Position numbers and translations under genes: made by a program. From the NCBI GenBank assembly GCA_977020255.1, contig CDROCS010001382.1:868001-932000 (forward strand): DNA of 64,000 bases. Direction: 5' to 3'. Under the pieces are notes generated by a model. It was not told the origin of the DNA. It ran no database searches and saw only the letters and a list, made by a program, of their open reading frames with translations. Shown piece by piece: positions 49,574-63,619 of the stretch (positions are counted from its first letter, which is position 1; each line of letters starts with the position of its first letter). The DNA is from Obrimoposthia wandeli (lineage: Eukaryota).

Positions 49574-51549
49574 TATATATTCTCGAAATACAAAATATAT
49601 ATATCAGACTTTTAGAAAGTGAAACTTACTTTTTTCACGACTTTACATATATCAAAGGCTTACGAACCTTCCAATATATATATTTATATATATATAATCG
49701 ACTGTTATTGAATTTTCTGATTATTTCCACTTTTTATAAAACTGGAAGAATATCTGTTATAGAAGTTTTATTTTTGGCATATTCTGATACATTTAAAATT
49801 ATGATAAGGGATTTGTCTTATTTCTTAAATATACTTTTATTGTAAAAAATCGAATATCAGCTGACAAATTCAATTACAATAAATGTACATGAACTATTAT
49901 CTGGAATTTGTATTTTATGGTATAGGATGGCTTCTATCTGCATCTTCATACCGATAGTAATCTATTTGATTTATATTTTAGAAAAATATATCAAAATTCT
50001 ACAGAAAAGACTAACAACTTATATTAATGATTGAATTTAAATTCAATATTCGAGGTATCTGTATAACAAATTGCTAAATAAGGGAAAAACATGTCAGATA
50101 ATGGGTATATTTTAGTCAAAGTTTATATTGTAGTACCTTCTACTGCAGCTCACCTTAACTCAAGTAAAGATCAAAGTTTAACTTAAACATACATTCAATA
50201 TAAACTGCAATTTTCTTCAAAATCTGATTTCAAAGCTTGCAAGACAACAGTTGAAGTGTTATCCATTTGAACCTTTAAAGTTATCTCATCTCAATTACCG
50301 CACAGATTATCCGATCTCACTCTACCACTGTTACAGTTAATAACATGTCTATGGGATAAGACAATTAGAATATCTATAATTTTCTGACCTTTATCTATAA
50401 AAAAATATTTGGGTAGTAAAATTTGATAATTCACTGCATTAATGACAAAGCAATAATTCCAAAATAACAATTTCGTGACAGTGACAAATTATTAATAAAC
50501 ACCATGATTTCAGATGTTTTAAATTTTCCCCAGCAATTTTGAAAGACTCTTTCCATACATCTCTATCCTCAAAAGGCTTTTATGTTTCATTAAAATATTT
50601 ATTACTTTGGATAATGCTGCAGTTACTGTCTCTGAGCTGGTTGTTGCGCTCTCATTTGTAACTTCAACAGTCTGATTTTGGCTTTTCCGATATAAATATT
50701 TGGTATATATTCTTTTCCTATTATTTATGAATTGTTAGAAAATGTCTATCGACGTTAGATCTTTTACGTAATGCTACGTTTGAATTACAAATGATTACAT
50801 TTGTCATTTATCATAATAGAAAATAATTCCTCCTATTCATTATTATAATGATAAGTTTTTGATTTTTAGTACTTAGTTCACTCATAATATATCTGTAATA
50901 TTTAAAGTTAAAAAAATAATATTTTAAAATTTGTAAAAATTAATGAAAATTAACAAAAATAAAAGAAACTTTCATGCAATTTTAATAATTTAAAAGACAA
51001 TATGATGTAAAGTTATTAATTTAAGTTCAATAATTACAATTTATGATTTAATGTTTTACATTATTTTATGAATAGAATGCTACAGTCAGTTAATAAAGTG
51101 CACGTTCCTCAAAATTTCCTGAGTATATTGGTGTGAAAAATGATGCACTTAAGTATATAATAAACAAATATTTGGCAGCTGACTTTCAATTGCTTCACAG
51201 TCGATCAGTCGCTCGCAGTTGACATCTTTGCTATTCCCGATATACACCATATAATATATAATTGCTACGACTATAATTGCAACTCGACACCTTATTAATT
51301 ATTAATTTAGATTTCTTAATATTTAATAGTTTATAAGTAAGATTAAAAACACAACGTGGTGTTTTGAGACCTTTATGAACATATTTGAATTTTGTATCTT
51401 AATGGTTGCCGTAAAAACCGGGTAAGAATTATCTTTCGCATGAAACAGTTGTATTTGAACCCAGCACGTAACGGTAGGCAATGGAATGATGTACTACCAA
51501 AATACAATGTTGGCTCACAGTCGATACCCACCTTCTAAGGCATTCTATG

Positions 51550-52430
51550 AGCAATTAATACAGGTGTTCATCCAATGAACGAAAGAGAAGCACTCTTAAT
51601 TTATCTATAACATATGTAAGATGGAGTCATTATTTATACCAACATGTATAGTTTCTGATCACTTGCTAAACACAATGCCAACCACAAAGCTTAATTATTT
51701 TCACACTAATCCCATTGAAATGGAGGCTTACTTTTGGCAGGAGCTTATAAAGCACAGTACAGATTAACAGAGCTCTGGTTTGAAATAGAAGATAACATAG
51801 AATTTTGAGCAATGATATCATGAAATAGGTTTGCATAACTAAAAGGAAACATTCTGTTTGATTATAAAATGCGAAGAGATATAAGTGATTCCTTGACTCC
51901 AATAAGACATGTCATTGCTAAGCTGATTAAAATACCAGGCCAGTTTGTGCCCCCTAGAATATTTATGCATTGATGAGCATCTTTTAACATTTTCGGTTTC
52001 GCCAATAAATTTCCTCTAAACCTGGAAAGTTTGGAATTTAACTTTACTGGTTGACATAATCTAATTATCACTACAATTACAACATATTTTATACATATGA
52101 GACAATACACTCTCTCATAGAGAGATAACTCAATTATAATCTTTTGCAAACGCAAATTTAATCACCTTTGGAAACCTTTCCTGAACAATGGTTTGAACAT
52201 AACCGGTGACAACTGATTTAGCTCTGTAAATTTGGTAGAATGGCTTTTAGAAAAATGAACAATGTATGTGGAAACCATCAGTAAAATAAGTGACATATTA
52301 GATTCAAGGAAACTTGTTGGACAGCAAAAGGGTGATTTAATTACATTTATGATGATCAGATCCTTATGGTTTGATTCAGAGACAAAAGTTCGTACGTACT
52401 CTTGAAAAAGTCAATGTAATCGGTGATCAG
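51550..52430 (+). mobile_element. Decayed piggyBac-like transposase
   Basis: LCIDEHLLTF, SKPGKFGI* and LNITGDN*FSSVNLVEWLL across frameshifts. Confidence 0.7.
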
Positions 52431-52434
52431 CGAC

Positions 52435-53340
52435 TGTAGCTTCTAATTGATTTGAAATTGCAGACAACAATATAGTATACATTATGAAGAACAAACAATA
52501 GATGACTGAGTGTGCTAAAGACTCAAATGAGTTCTTGAAGAAAGCTCACTACGAACTAAGCGTTTCGCACATAAATTACATAATCATCAGTAATTCTCAG
52601 TTATCAAAGTTGTATTTGTTGTAAAAGGTAGTTTCAATAATTGATTGTTTGTTATTTAGTTGTTTTTATTTGATAAAAGTTATTCTCAATTTTTAATTGT
52701 CAGTTAATAATTTGTTATAAATTGTCAGCGGTTGAGTTATTATCAGTGGACTAAGGACTAAGGTTTCAGTTGAATTTACGTAACCAAGAATTAGATTTAA
52801 ACTAACGGGAAAATTTAAGAAAAAGTTAACATAAAAATTATCAAGAGATTTAGCAATCGAATTACGCAACAGTTTTAATTATAGTCGCCGTTCTAAGCAG
52901 GAGTGCAATATAAGTGTAAAAGGTTTTTTATAAGCTTATCGGAATAGTAGTTGATTATAATAGATATATTTTAAAAAATTAAAAATGTACCAGTTGTTAT
53001 TACTTCATACATTATTACGATTAGAATTTGTCGAGTTGAACTAAAATTTTCTTTATAGAGCCGAGATCCAACTTGCCCAAACACGACTCATACCGTACAT
53101 CAGAAAAGTCGATTCACTACAGAGTCATCCAGTTCACAATTTGTTCATTTTAATGCTATAGGCTCAGCCAGACTATGTTTAAGTTATACTAACATTTGGC
53201 CTTACTGGCTGCACACAAGACGTACATTACATTACAATCAAATTAAGTTGTAGGCCATGAAACCCCCCTATATATAGAACTCACGTTGGGGACATCCATA
53301 AGAGGATTCTAGATCAAGAAGTTTTTGGAAAACCCCAACA
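52435..53340 (+). mobile_element. Probable solo LTR of a family related to the giant element
   Basis: 3' end shares attaag..gtaggcca.ga, agaactcacgttgggg, aagaggat and aaaccccaaca with the giant element's LTR. CGAC follows 53340 and also precedes TG at 52435; the left boundary is less certain. Confidence 0.6.
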
Positions 53341-54300
53341 CGACAATCTATCATTGAATATAAGAAACTGCAACAATACTGAAATATTCAACTTGCAGCT
53401 GAACACTTTACTATTCAGAAAATATTACGAATAATAATATTGTATTATAATGTATAAAAAATATGTGGTTTAATAATCATTTTGTTAAGAAAAAGTGGAT
53501 ACCAGTTGAAAAAGGGGTATCTGAGTCTTAGATACCTATAATTATAATTGATATTCAAATATAATTTTAACGTCATGTAAGAATATATTTATGTCATTTA
53601 AAATATTAATATTGTCTAATGTCAAATGTTTTAATTTTCACTATATCAAGTTGCTTTGCCATATTTGACATCTTAGCTTCGGGTAAATATTTGTTTAAAA
53701 GTCAGTTTCTTGTTTAGATAGATCTTGATTGGAGCTATTTTAAATTTTATTAATTATGAAGTGTGATGGGGTTTGTTGGGAATACCCATTATAAACATAT
53801 GTTTATTTTTTGACTAGTTGTGAGGTTGTTTTCAGCATGATACATTCCCTTTTAAGCGTTTCTGTAACTGTTCTATTTTACCATTTGATTGTTGGTTGTA
53901 TGCTTTTGTAATGTGCTTAATGTTTTGTTTTGTGCAGTCATGGTTGAAAGGTTCACTCATAACCGACACGAGTACTCAAATTTGTTTCTACACAGAAATT
54001 CAACTGTTTCGATATTTCCTTTGCCATATTTTATTGTATTTCCCAGAGATTCTTTGAGATTGGTTTGTGAATTCTGATAGCTTCGTTTTCCCACACAACT
54101 TAATATTTCTAAAATTTCAAATAACTATTTTGCTACACATCTTTTAAGTTAGAATGTAATTGTGAACGTGAATATGGGCTGAAAAATATTACGTAACATA
54201 ATAGTAGATTATTTTACTGCACTAATTTATACTTATTTCGAATTTTTTTGAGTGGTCAAATTGAAGGAAGAGAACAAATAAGAAATGCATGTAATGTATA

Positions 54301-55202
54301 TCAGAGCAGCGGCGACGAGACGGATACAGACTTGCGCGGAGAAAGGGAGAGTCGTCTGGAGATGGAGAATCGCTTCTTGGAAGTGCTAAACATGGTGTAA
54401 CGACGTTGGTTGCTGACGGTCACGACTGGTGGAATCGGTTCGAAAATGACGTACTCACCGTAGTGTTCGGTAAACCTGTCGAACGAGGACTTGCGACGAG
54501 AAGGCATCACTGGAACTAGGTAGTCCATCTGAAGGATGTTGATGTTGTCGGACAGGCTACCATATCTGCAACATAGATTAGGCAATCTGTATTGAATATT
54601 AAAATCAGTTATTTTAAATCATTAATATTCACAACAATAATAATTTGGCATTGAACCCGCTTTCAACTGCCAACTGTATCTGGCTTCTAAATATATTCAA
54701 GGTTGATATATCAAAACTGCTTACCTGTCATCGGGGTGCACATTGGCCCACTCGACTCCTCCACTGATGCTGATGATAGAAGGATGGCGCTCCTGGAAGC
54801 GGACGATGCGATGAGGATTATTTTTCGTATTCTGGCCATCCTCCTGATCTTCGGGGTCTTCTGTGTCTGTCAGAGATTCTGCAATCAGAAATTCAGGAGT
54901 TCGAGTGATAATTTTGTGATAGTCTTATTTGGTCACTAAATTTCTTTTCTAAGTAATCTTTAAATAAATATTTCGCTGGAAATGGCAACTTTAGGTGTAA
55001 CGAGAAAAACACAACAACAATCAACCATTACAATTTTAGTTAAAAATAAGTAGAAAAATCAGATTATTCTAATTATTCTGATCTATTGTATATTTAGTTC
55101 TGGAGTACCAAATGATTGATATGGAAGACCATCTTCGATTTTATTTGGTCCCAAGATCGACGACGAATAGTTCGAGCTATTGCCTTGCAATTTATGTGTT
55201 GA
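54301..55202 (-). CDS. Last three coding exons of an unidentified gene
   Basis: Exons 55202-55109, 54878-54725 and 54565-54301 have GT-AG sites and matching phases (1 then 2), reading ...LPYQSFESLTDTEDPEDQEDG...RIVRFQERHPSII...DDRYGSLSDNINILQMDYLVPVMPSRRKSS...SPLL*. GC-richer than flanks. Confidence 0.65.
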
Positions 55203-55439
55203 CTGTTATTTCTATTTTATTATCTAGTGATATATTTGTATTTACTTTTGCGTTGAGTTTAGCATTTTTTTTTTTTTATTTATAAAATATATTTTTACAG
55301 TTGTTTAAAGTGTTTGTAGGTTTTGTTTTTAGATTCGTGTTTGATTTGTGATTTTTTTGTTCAGAAATTTGGGAAAATATTTTTATATACCAAAATTGTC
55401 TCTCATAAGATTGAGACTATTGCCGATCTAATTTGGAAA

Positions 55440-57350
55440 AATCCTAGCTGAGAACCGATGCATTTAGAAAACCAAGTTGATGAAATGATTAAAAATTTAC
55501 TCAAAGTAAACGTAATTAGGCATTGTGAAAGTCCTTGGAACTCGCCAGTGGTTATTGTAAAAGATGCAGACAATACAATTAGAATATGTGTTGACTACAG
55601 ACAATTGAATGCTGTAACCAAGATGTTTACATTTTCCATACCGGATGCACAACTTTTGTTCGATTATTTGGGAGATGCTAAAATATTTACGACACTCGAT
55701 ATTGGACAAGCTTAGTATTGGGTAGATCTAGAAATTAAGTCTAAGACAAAAACTGGCTTCAATACAAAACTGGGACAATTTTGTTTTAATAGGTTGCCAT
55801 TTGGATTGGTTACGGCACTCGCAACATTCCAGAGTCTGATGCATAAAATATGGGATGGTTTGCTGTTCAAATGAAAAATCGTATATCTGGATGATATCCT
55901 TGTTTATTGTAACAACCAAGAAGAACATTATAAATGATTATGGGAAGTATTCTAAAGAATTGCAGCTCCAGGTTTCAAAATAAACTTTTATAACTACTAC
56001 ATTGGTCAGAAACAGTTAAAATTATCAGATAATATAGCGGAATACATACAAATCAGTCGAGAGTGAACGAAATTTTTAAATTAAAAATAACATTGTAGCG
56101 GAAAACTAAGATTATTCCTTGGAATGACAAACTATTATCGGCGATTTATTAAAGATTATGCCAAAATTGCAGCTTCACTATATGCGACGGGTTCAGGAGA
56201 AAAAAGTCAATACAATGGTCACCGAATTGAAAAACAAGTTTTGCACTTCTCAAAAAAAAATTAACAATAGGTACCATATTTGACTTTTCCAGGCGAAATA
56301 GAAAATTTATAATTGCTACAGACGCCAGTTTTGGGGCGACCGAAGCAGTATTCAGCCAACTGAATGAAATGAAAAACAAAAAAAGTGATTACATACGCTT
56401 CATGAAAAAGGCTATTTTGTTACCAGAAAAGAACTTTTTAGCAGTAAACGAATTTATTATGCATTTCAAACAATATTTATATAGAACAGAATTTTTGGCA
56501 AGAACAGATCATAAAGCATTAGTGATTTAGGGACAACAAAAACAATCAGTCTCCAATTTCAAACATGGTTGGCAAATTTATCAGAATGTAATTTTTAGAT
56601 AGAACATCGTAAAGGTATTGGCCATGGTAATGCCAATGGTATGTCAAGAGTGAATGAAATAGTCTGTGCTCAGTGTGAAACTAAACATAAAGACACACAA
56701 GATAGGAGATCTAGAATACGATATATTCACTCACTAAATGAAGACAAATTCTTGAGGGGGATAAAAAAATACAACAAGATATTCATATAAAAGAAATGAA
56801 TGTTTTTCTCCAACTAGAAAGTAAGGATTTATCAGAAAATTGCAAAATAAGTTGGATTTTTAAAATAAATTAAAAATTTTAACTCTGTGATGATATCCAT
56901 TAATTCGAACAAAATTTTACAGATTTAATTTTTTTACCTCTGAAGAACGTTACTGAGATTATTAATGAAATTCAACAATATCTTTGTCACCTAGTAATGT
57001 TTATAATTTATATTTGAAAGGAATGTTTCTAGAAATAAAAGATTGTAAATCAAAATCATTTGTATTGTGTCAAAAGAAAAATTGAAACAAGCAGAACTAA
57101 AGAACAATATAATTCTAATTTTTTAGATCAAATTGTTGTCAATATAGGTTACAGGAAGAAAGAAAGATATAAAATAAAATATATGTTTATAGTAATCGAT
57201 CGATTTAGTAATCTGGTATCACTGATAGAAACTACAAAAGAATATGAAATAACAATTACTAAAGCTCTCGATACAAATTGGATATATATATTTGAGAAAT
57301 CTAAGAGTATTTTAACAGATAGAGAACGAATATTTACTGAAAATTATTTT
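55440..57350 (+). pseudogene. Decayed Gypsy pol (RT, RNase H, integrase fragments)
   Basis: PWNSPVVIV, ICVDYRQLN, FTTLDI, RLPFGL, YLDDILVY, ATDAS, TDHKAL, HGNANGMSR and FIVIDRFS, with many stops and shifts. Confidence 0.9.
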
Positions 57351-58144
57351 TAGAATTGGATACGAAATTTTCTGGATATCCCTTGGAAATTTCATCGATA
57401 ATTTTTAAGGTTATTTGCTTGAAAATCAGCGTCGAAGATATGGACATTTGGTGAATCATATAAAATGATAGTCTACAAATTTTGACAAGCCAATCTTATA
57501 TATCCCGCGAATAATGTGCCAAAGTTGAAGATGGATAGTGGTAAAATAAAATATTTTGGTGGTGGTGAGACGTGAAATTATATTTTGGCATGAAAGGTGG
57601 TAGCGTGTGAAAAAATGTGTGTTAGTTACGTTGTATATGTGTCACATAGTTGTATCTCATTAATGACAATTTGTTTGCGCAACTGCAGATTTATCCAATA
57701 TTAAAACAAGTTTTTTATCATTATTTAAAGTTTATTTTCAGTTATAAAATATCAAAACAAACTTTATATATTTAAAATGAATTTTTTTTGTTGAAATTTT
57801 AAACCTTAAATAAAGACCTTTAAAAAAATTTAAACACCGAAGATAAAGTCAGCATTGGTTATCAGATTTTTCAAAAACAATTTACTAGCAGTCAAAACCT
57901 TTTACAGAAATTTGTGTACCATTTATTTTAAGCGCAGTTCATTTAAAAATGTTTTATAATTTATTTCTTTGATATAATAAGATAGAAACTTCTCAGCTAT
58001 ATAGGTTTGACATTAATTAATGGTAATAAACCAAGTTCTTATGTAAGTAAATGTGTAATTGTTTAAAATGTTTTTTTTTTCAAAAGCGAACAATTTGTAT
58101 TATAAATACTTTTATATGAAAATGTAAGTACTTCACTAGCAAAT

Positions 58145-59752
58145 TCAATGATCTATGCTCATTTTTTCATTTATTGATTCTTGGACTTGTAGACAACTGA
58201 GTTCAAGTTGTTCTAAACCTTGTAAACAAGCTTCATTGGCCACAAATTTCTGAAACTCGGTGATACACCAATCTTTTAATTGTTGATGCTCGATGATAAT
58301 CTTAAACACATATTGAAAATTAACACTCATGTCTTGGATAGTGCATAAGAATGGTACCATGAGATTGTTTTTATCTTGTTCCTTTAGAAGCAACGCCAAG
58401 ATATGCCAATACTGCATCGAGATGCTGTGTCTCCAAAATATCATTCTACTGGGGACTGTATCTGGAACGGGGATCTGGATATGGTATAGAGACCTGATCA
58501 CCTTCTTCACGTTGTCATCCTTAACTTCGTGGTTGGGGTTTTGTTTCTGCTCTGTAAGGAAATTCTTCGCTTCTGCCAGTTTGGTGAGCATCACTGCAAT
58601 GATCTCAGCGTAGCGTTCGTACTCCTTGGTTAACATTGTATTATAGCTTGTGATTATTTGATCTAGGGTCTGAGGCAACGCTTGCATCACGAACTCAGAA
58701 ACGTGAGGCAGCGGATATACTGTATCGGATGAGAGGGACGCCATAATGGCTGGCTTCCCCGTGGTGCTACATTGCTCCAGCAGACAGTTGGGCTGGACCA
58801 CACCAAATTGCTGTAGACAGCTGCCACATATCCGGTGACCACAGTCTGGAAATTGGGCCCACACCGAGCAACTGACACTGTGACTTTCGTTGCCACACAA
58901 CTGACAACAGCTCATTTCACATCGGCCCACCGTATCCCGTATAACCTCAATTGACACCTTGATTGCTCTGGAACTTGCATATGCTAGCAACATCCTAAAA
59001 TGCACTCTGAACAAGTCCAACACTTCAAGAACATATGCCAATCTCTCTTGCAAGTCTCGCGCCAACTCCTGTCTGGAATCGTTTACATTCATGTTTCCGT
59101 AATTTAAATAATCATAGGAATTCATACCACTAAATAAATTACTCATACACAACACTCTGCATACCTCACTCTTGAAATTATAGAATCTCTCTTTATAAAT
59201 TTCCTGATCGAATCGAACATTTTTATTTGCATAACTATGGATTATATTTTCATTTCTGACTTTGAAATCCGTAGAACTCCAAAGAAAGTTTTTCAGGCAT
59301 TTTTGTGCACTCTTTGTGATTTTCTCCCATTCAATCTTGGTACTCGTTTGATCCAGAGCAGATATTATCAGTTCAGGATAGAGTTTCTTCATGTTTCTCC
59401 CAATTTCATCTAATTTCTTCAATTTTGAGGCCGCTTCCTTCACCAAATCTGTGAACAAAAACTGAATTGTATGATCTGGACTAATCATAAATCTTCTGAT
59501 GTCTTCATCCTCAACTATCGGTAATTCTTCTACCGCTGCCTCGTCGTTCTTTTGGCCAGGACAGAAAACTTTAACATTTTCCACGAAAGTCTTGAAACAA
59601 AATTGACAACGAACTCTAATTATCTGAACATCGAGGTGATAATAGTCATTGAAACAACTCAGACACATTGTATGGCCACATGGAAATTTCACACATTGAT
59701 CGATTTCTTCAAATGTACCTAAACAAAATTCGCAACTAATATCATCTTTCAT
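58145..59752 (-). CDS. Intronless 535-aa protein with two RING-type zinc fingers, putative E3 ligase
   Basis: CEFC...PCGHTMCLSC...CQFC at the N-terminus and CQLC...PDCGHRICGSC...C in the middle, each followed by a helical region; aaaaATG context; long ORF in AT-rich DNA. Confidence 0.85.
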   Translation of the reverse strand: MKDDISCEFCLGTFEEIDQCVKFPCGHTMCLSCFNDYYHLDVQIIRVRCQFCFKTFVENVKVFCPGQKNDEAAVEELPIVEDEDIRRFMISPDHTIQFLFTDLVKEAASKLKKLDEIGRNMKKLYPELIISALDQTSTKIEWEKITKSAQKCLKNFLWSSTDFKVRNENIIHSYANKNVRFDQEIYKERFYNFKSEVCRVLCMSNLFSGMNSYDYLNYGNMNVNDSRQELARDLQERLAYVLEVLDLFRVHFRMLLAYASSRAIKVSIEVIRDTVGRCEMSCCQLCGNESHSVSCSVWAQFPDCGHRICGSCLQQFGVVQPNCLLEQCSTTGKPAIMASLSSDTVYPLPHVSEFVMQALPQTLDQIITSYNTMLTKEYERYAEIIAVMLTKLAEAKNFLTEQKQNPNHEVKDDNVKKVIRSLYHIQIPVPDTVPSRMIFWRHSISMQYWHILALLLKEQDKNNLMVPFLCTIQDMSVNFQYVFKIIIEHQQLKDWCITEFQKFVANEACLQGLEQLELSCLQVQESINEKMSIDH

Positions 59753-60089
59753 TTTTTATCTTTCACTTCTGGATTTTATAAACAAAATAAATATCTAGAA
59801 AATTGTAGGTAGACATTATCAATATGTTAAAAGATTTTTAGATGATTCATTTCAGTACAGCAAAAGTATAAAAACACAAGAATACAGGTGGCTAAAGAAA
59901 TCGAACAAAAGGAAGAATTATTATAAATGTTGCAGTTCACAAAATAGGGTCAACACATATAGACAAGACATTCAGATATTTAATCGATGGTCCAATTCAT
60001 TGCACTGTTTAGCGAACTGTTATTGAATCACCTCTACAATATGAAAAATGAAAAAAGTTCCAAAAAATAAGGCAAAATGGGAAAAAGTT

Positions 60090-60480
60090 TCGAAAATCTT
60101 TTTAAATGAAGGTTTCACTTTTGTCAGAAAGACATTATATTGATAAAAAGGACGAACCTGATGGATTCAGGTATTATTGGCGTGATATAAGAAAACATAC
60201 ACAGTTTTATAACATATATAATATTATAATGGTATCTTGGTAGGGGGCTTAATTTCAGAAAGTGGTGGAAAAATAAATTATCTTAAATATGCTCTCAGTA
60301 TGGTAAGTAAAAAATATTTTCAACCGGATAATGCAACACTACATACATTCTCAAATTAATGTAATTGGTCAAAATATATTGAAAATATGAGGCATAAATA
60401 CAGCTTTATTAAATAATAATTCTTCCAATTTAATAACTTACATAGTTTGAAAGATCAAATTGTTGAAGAATGAAAAAATA
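60090..60480 (+). mobile_element. Tc1/Tc3-like transposase remnant
   Basis: PDGFRYYWRDIRK and FQPDNATLH. Confidence 0.7.
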
Positions 60481-60919
60481 TAACAGATACATAAATTAAA
60501 CGATTTAAGATACTTTTTAATGATCGGTAAATATATATTAAAAACCGGCAACGTTGTTTTATTGAAAATAAATAATAATCATGTCTTCTTTTTACTCATA
60601 AATCAAATCAATGTTAAATGTGAAACATTGATTTTTTACAATTTCTAAGCTAATTTGTTTACGCTTCAATTAACTTGATTATTATGTCACAATCACATTG
60701 TATTATAATCTAGCTAATGAACATGTTATAAATGTTGAATTTTAATTGTTATTAATATTTTACCGAAAAAGATAGATAAATAAACCTTGATATCAAACTT
60801 TGAAACATAGTACATACCAGGTGCCCCGAAAGTTAATGAACCGCTAAAAGCTGTTTAATAAAATTAAGAAACCTTTTATTCTAATTAGACAATTTGATTA
60901 AGCAATACAAATATGTAAT

Positions 60920-61460
60920 GCTAGGAATTTACAAATGTTCAAAATGACTGTCATTAGCCTCAACACAATCTCGAAATCTTCTATCAACACTGCGACATAA
61001 TTTCCTGCAAGTGCCCTCTGAAACTTGGTCCCATTCATGTGGAATACTTTCTTTCAGTTCATCAAAACTCATTCAGCCATTCTTCGCTTAGAAGCATACA
61101 CAATATTTCAAAGAAAATCAATATGATATCAATGGGAGATCAGATGATCTGGTCATTCGATTGGCCCACAGCGTCCAAACTAGTGCCAAAGGAATGTCTA
61201 ATCAAGCCATTGTCGAACATCTTTGGCGAGTAGAGGAGTTGCCCTACTTGTTGAAACTGAAGTCCATCAAATGCGGGTACTCAGACACACTAAGTAGTTA
61301 ATATTTCAGCATATCGAATTAACAAGCTACATTACCAGTTCCTTGAAAGAAGAATGGCCAATTAGGCCAGTGCTATATATTCCTCCTCAGACTGTGACAC
61401 ATGAGATAATGACTTCCTGTTCGCCAGTATGGTGTGGGTTCTCAAATACAATTGTGTCTA
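60920..61460 (-). mobile_element. Tc1/mariner-superfamily transposase remnant
   Basis: KDVRQWLD*TF, FGRCGPIE*P and SVDRRFRDCVEANDSHFEHL*. Confidence 0.7.
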
Positions 61461-62599
61461 TTCACATGTCCAGTCAGTTTGAAGCAAATTTCGTCACTTC
61501 ATAAGATGCAGTTTGGGAAATTTGATGAATCATCAGGAAATTGTAGAATATTCTCACAGAATTATCCTCGCTATGGGCTTGAAGAAAGTGACGTATGTAA
61601 GATTTTAAACCAATTTTATCCATGATACGATGGAGCTCCAAGAAATATGCATGGATTTTTTAGGGCTACGAACAAACTCAGCTGTTGCTAAATTCTTATT
61701 CTTGACTGTTTCCCTTTTTAACTAATTATTTTCGTCTACTGGTAATTTCCTTTAGTCCATTCTTTATTTTATTCCATTTTAAATTCCTACACAAAGTACC
61801 ATCAGAATATCTCGAAATTTTTCAGTGTGTCGGACCAAGATTTAGATTGAAAAATATATCACTGTTGAAAGTTTAATAATCTAATCTTTCAAAAATCATG
61901 AAAACAAAATTTAATTCAAAAATATAATTATTTATTTAATTGATTATTATTCAAAATTTAAATTTGAATATTGCTTCTGAAGAGTTTTTAAACTTTTTAT
62001 GCTGTAAGTTCAAAGAACTCAAAATAATTGTGCTCATCGAAAAGAAACAATGTCTATAATTTAGAAATACTGATTGATTCACCAACCCAAATAACTAAGT
62101 AGAGACTAGCAGCCCGGGCTATGAATGAGTTATTTATTATTTACGTTTGGCAAAACAAAACAATCCATCCAAGTAAACCTTTATCAAAAGTGTCTCTTTC
62201 GTTAAATGCCATTGGTGATATTAAGTATGATCTCAACTTAAGTGGTTGACAGACATTAAAACTAGCTCAATATATTAGACTGATAATCGTTTCAAGAATG
62301 TAATCGAATATGGAATTAAGAACAAACTATATCAAAATAGTCATCAGCTAGATAATCATTTCACTGTCGTGTCTAAAAAAAACCAGAAAGAAAATCAGAC
62401 AAAACACCGTCAATTATAAATACAATGATCCTATTTACAATGTAAACTCTGCAATTATTCTTTTGAAAAAAAAATCATTCATATTCAATTTTACCGTTTC
62501 CAACATTTTATTCTTTAATAATACTCTAAATTTTACTAATATTTTAACATTTTTGAAACTGATTATGAAATTGGTGAGATAGCTAAAAGAATGTCAATT

Positions 62600-62760
62600 A
62601 ATTCCGGCTTATCGAATTCAAGGATTCTTGAGAGAAAAGAGTATGGTCCCCGGTATACAGCAAAATTATGAAAATGTAAAGCAACTTTGGAATTATCTAG
62701 GAATGCACTTACTCACATGACCGTTTGTCATTGCTACTGATCTGAAGTTGAGCAATATGT
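62600..62760 (+). mobile_element. Unclassified transposase-like remnant
   Basis: QNYENVKQLWNYL...FVIATDLKLSNML, a motif I recognise from repeat-encoded proteins; family not named. Confidence 0.45.
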
Positions 62761-63577
62761 TGAGCACACGAAAGAACGCATATATTTAGTTGGTGTTGCT
62801 CTGACAAACATAATTTCAAGAAAACTTGTGAGAAAGGAACAATGGGCTCCTTGGATGAAAACTGCTGGTAGTTCTATGATGATGACGAAACATTCTTAGC
62901 CAAATCTTTCTGTAATGTTAACCATCTTTCTATCAAAGAGAGACAGCCAGACACAAGTGATTGATTTGATTTCACAACCCGAATTGCATCTACTCATTGG
63001 TCCAGTTCATGCCATGTTCTTATTGGTGTTTTTTCTAATAATTTTTTTTGGTCAATTTATAATAAATTATTTATAAATTAAATAGTTAAAGGTTAAAGAT
63101 CTTTTGTTCTCATACACTTATTACCGATTTCTTCAAATGACTATTTTAGTGCTTTATTACTATATATTGCTACAAAAAATAAATACATGTTGTTTTATTA
63201 TTTTATTAATTAAAAAGACTGGTCACGATCACCGGTTTTGCATTAGTTTATAATACAAAGGATTAAATTAGGTCTTTTCATTATTCGAAGGAAGCTAACT
63301 TCCTTTCATGTGTACAATTGGAGTCTACGTATTATCCGTGTTTATTGTTTATTCTGTGTATTTTAGAGATATAACTTTCTGTTGCTTTAATAAATCTTCA
63401 AGAGTAACTAAGAGTAATATAAGAAATTCACTAGTTTTGATTTTCAGTATCACCATTTTGAACTATTACATGCAGCAAAAAAACTATATGTTTAATAATT
63501 TTTTTTGTTTTCACATTTTTTGAAAAAAGGTTTTGGTGATAATATAATTTTCAATCTAAATCTTGGCTCTGACTCAC

Positions 63578-63619
63578 CGTGATTCAAGTAGTTCACGCTC
63601 AGCTTGAGAACGCATTAAT
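63578..63619 (-). CDS. Putative isolated 42-nt coding exon (LMRSQAERELLESR)
   Basis: aacaaacag| acceptor and |gtgagt donor, symmetric phase 2, open frame, GC-richer than flanks; parent gene unknown. Confidence 0.4.

Noticed and set aside
54703-54939. 78-aa plus-strand ORF with an apparent TM helix
   Set aside because: Antisense to a minus-strand exon that has proper splice sites and matching phases.
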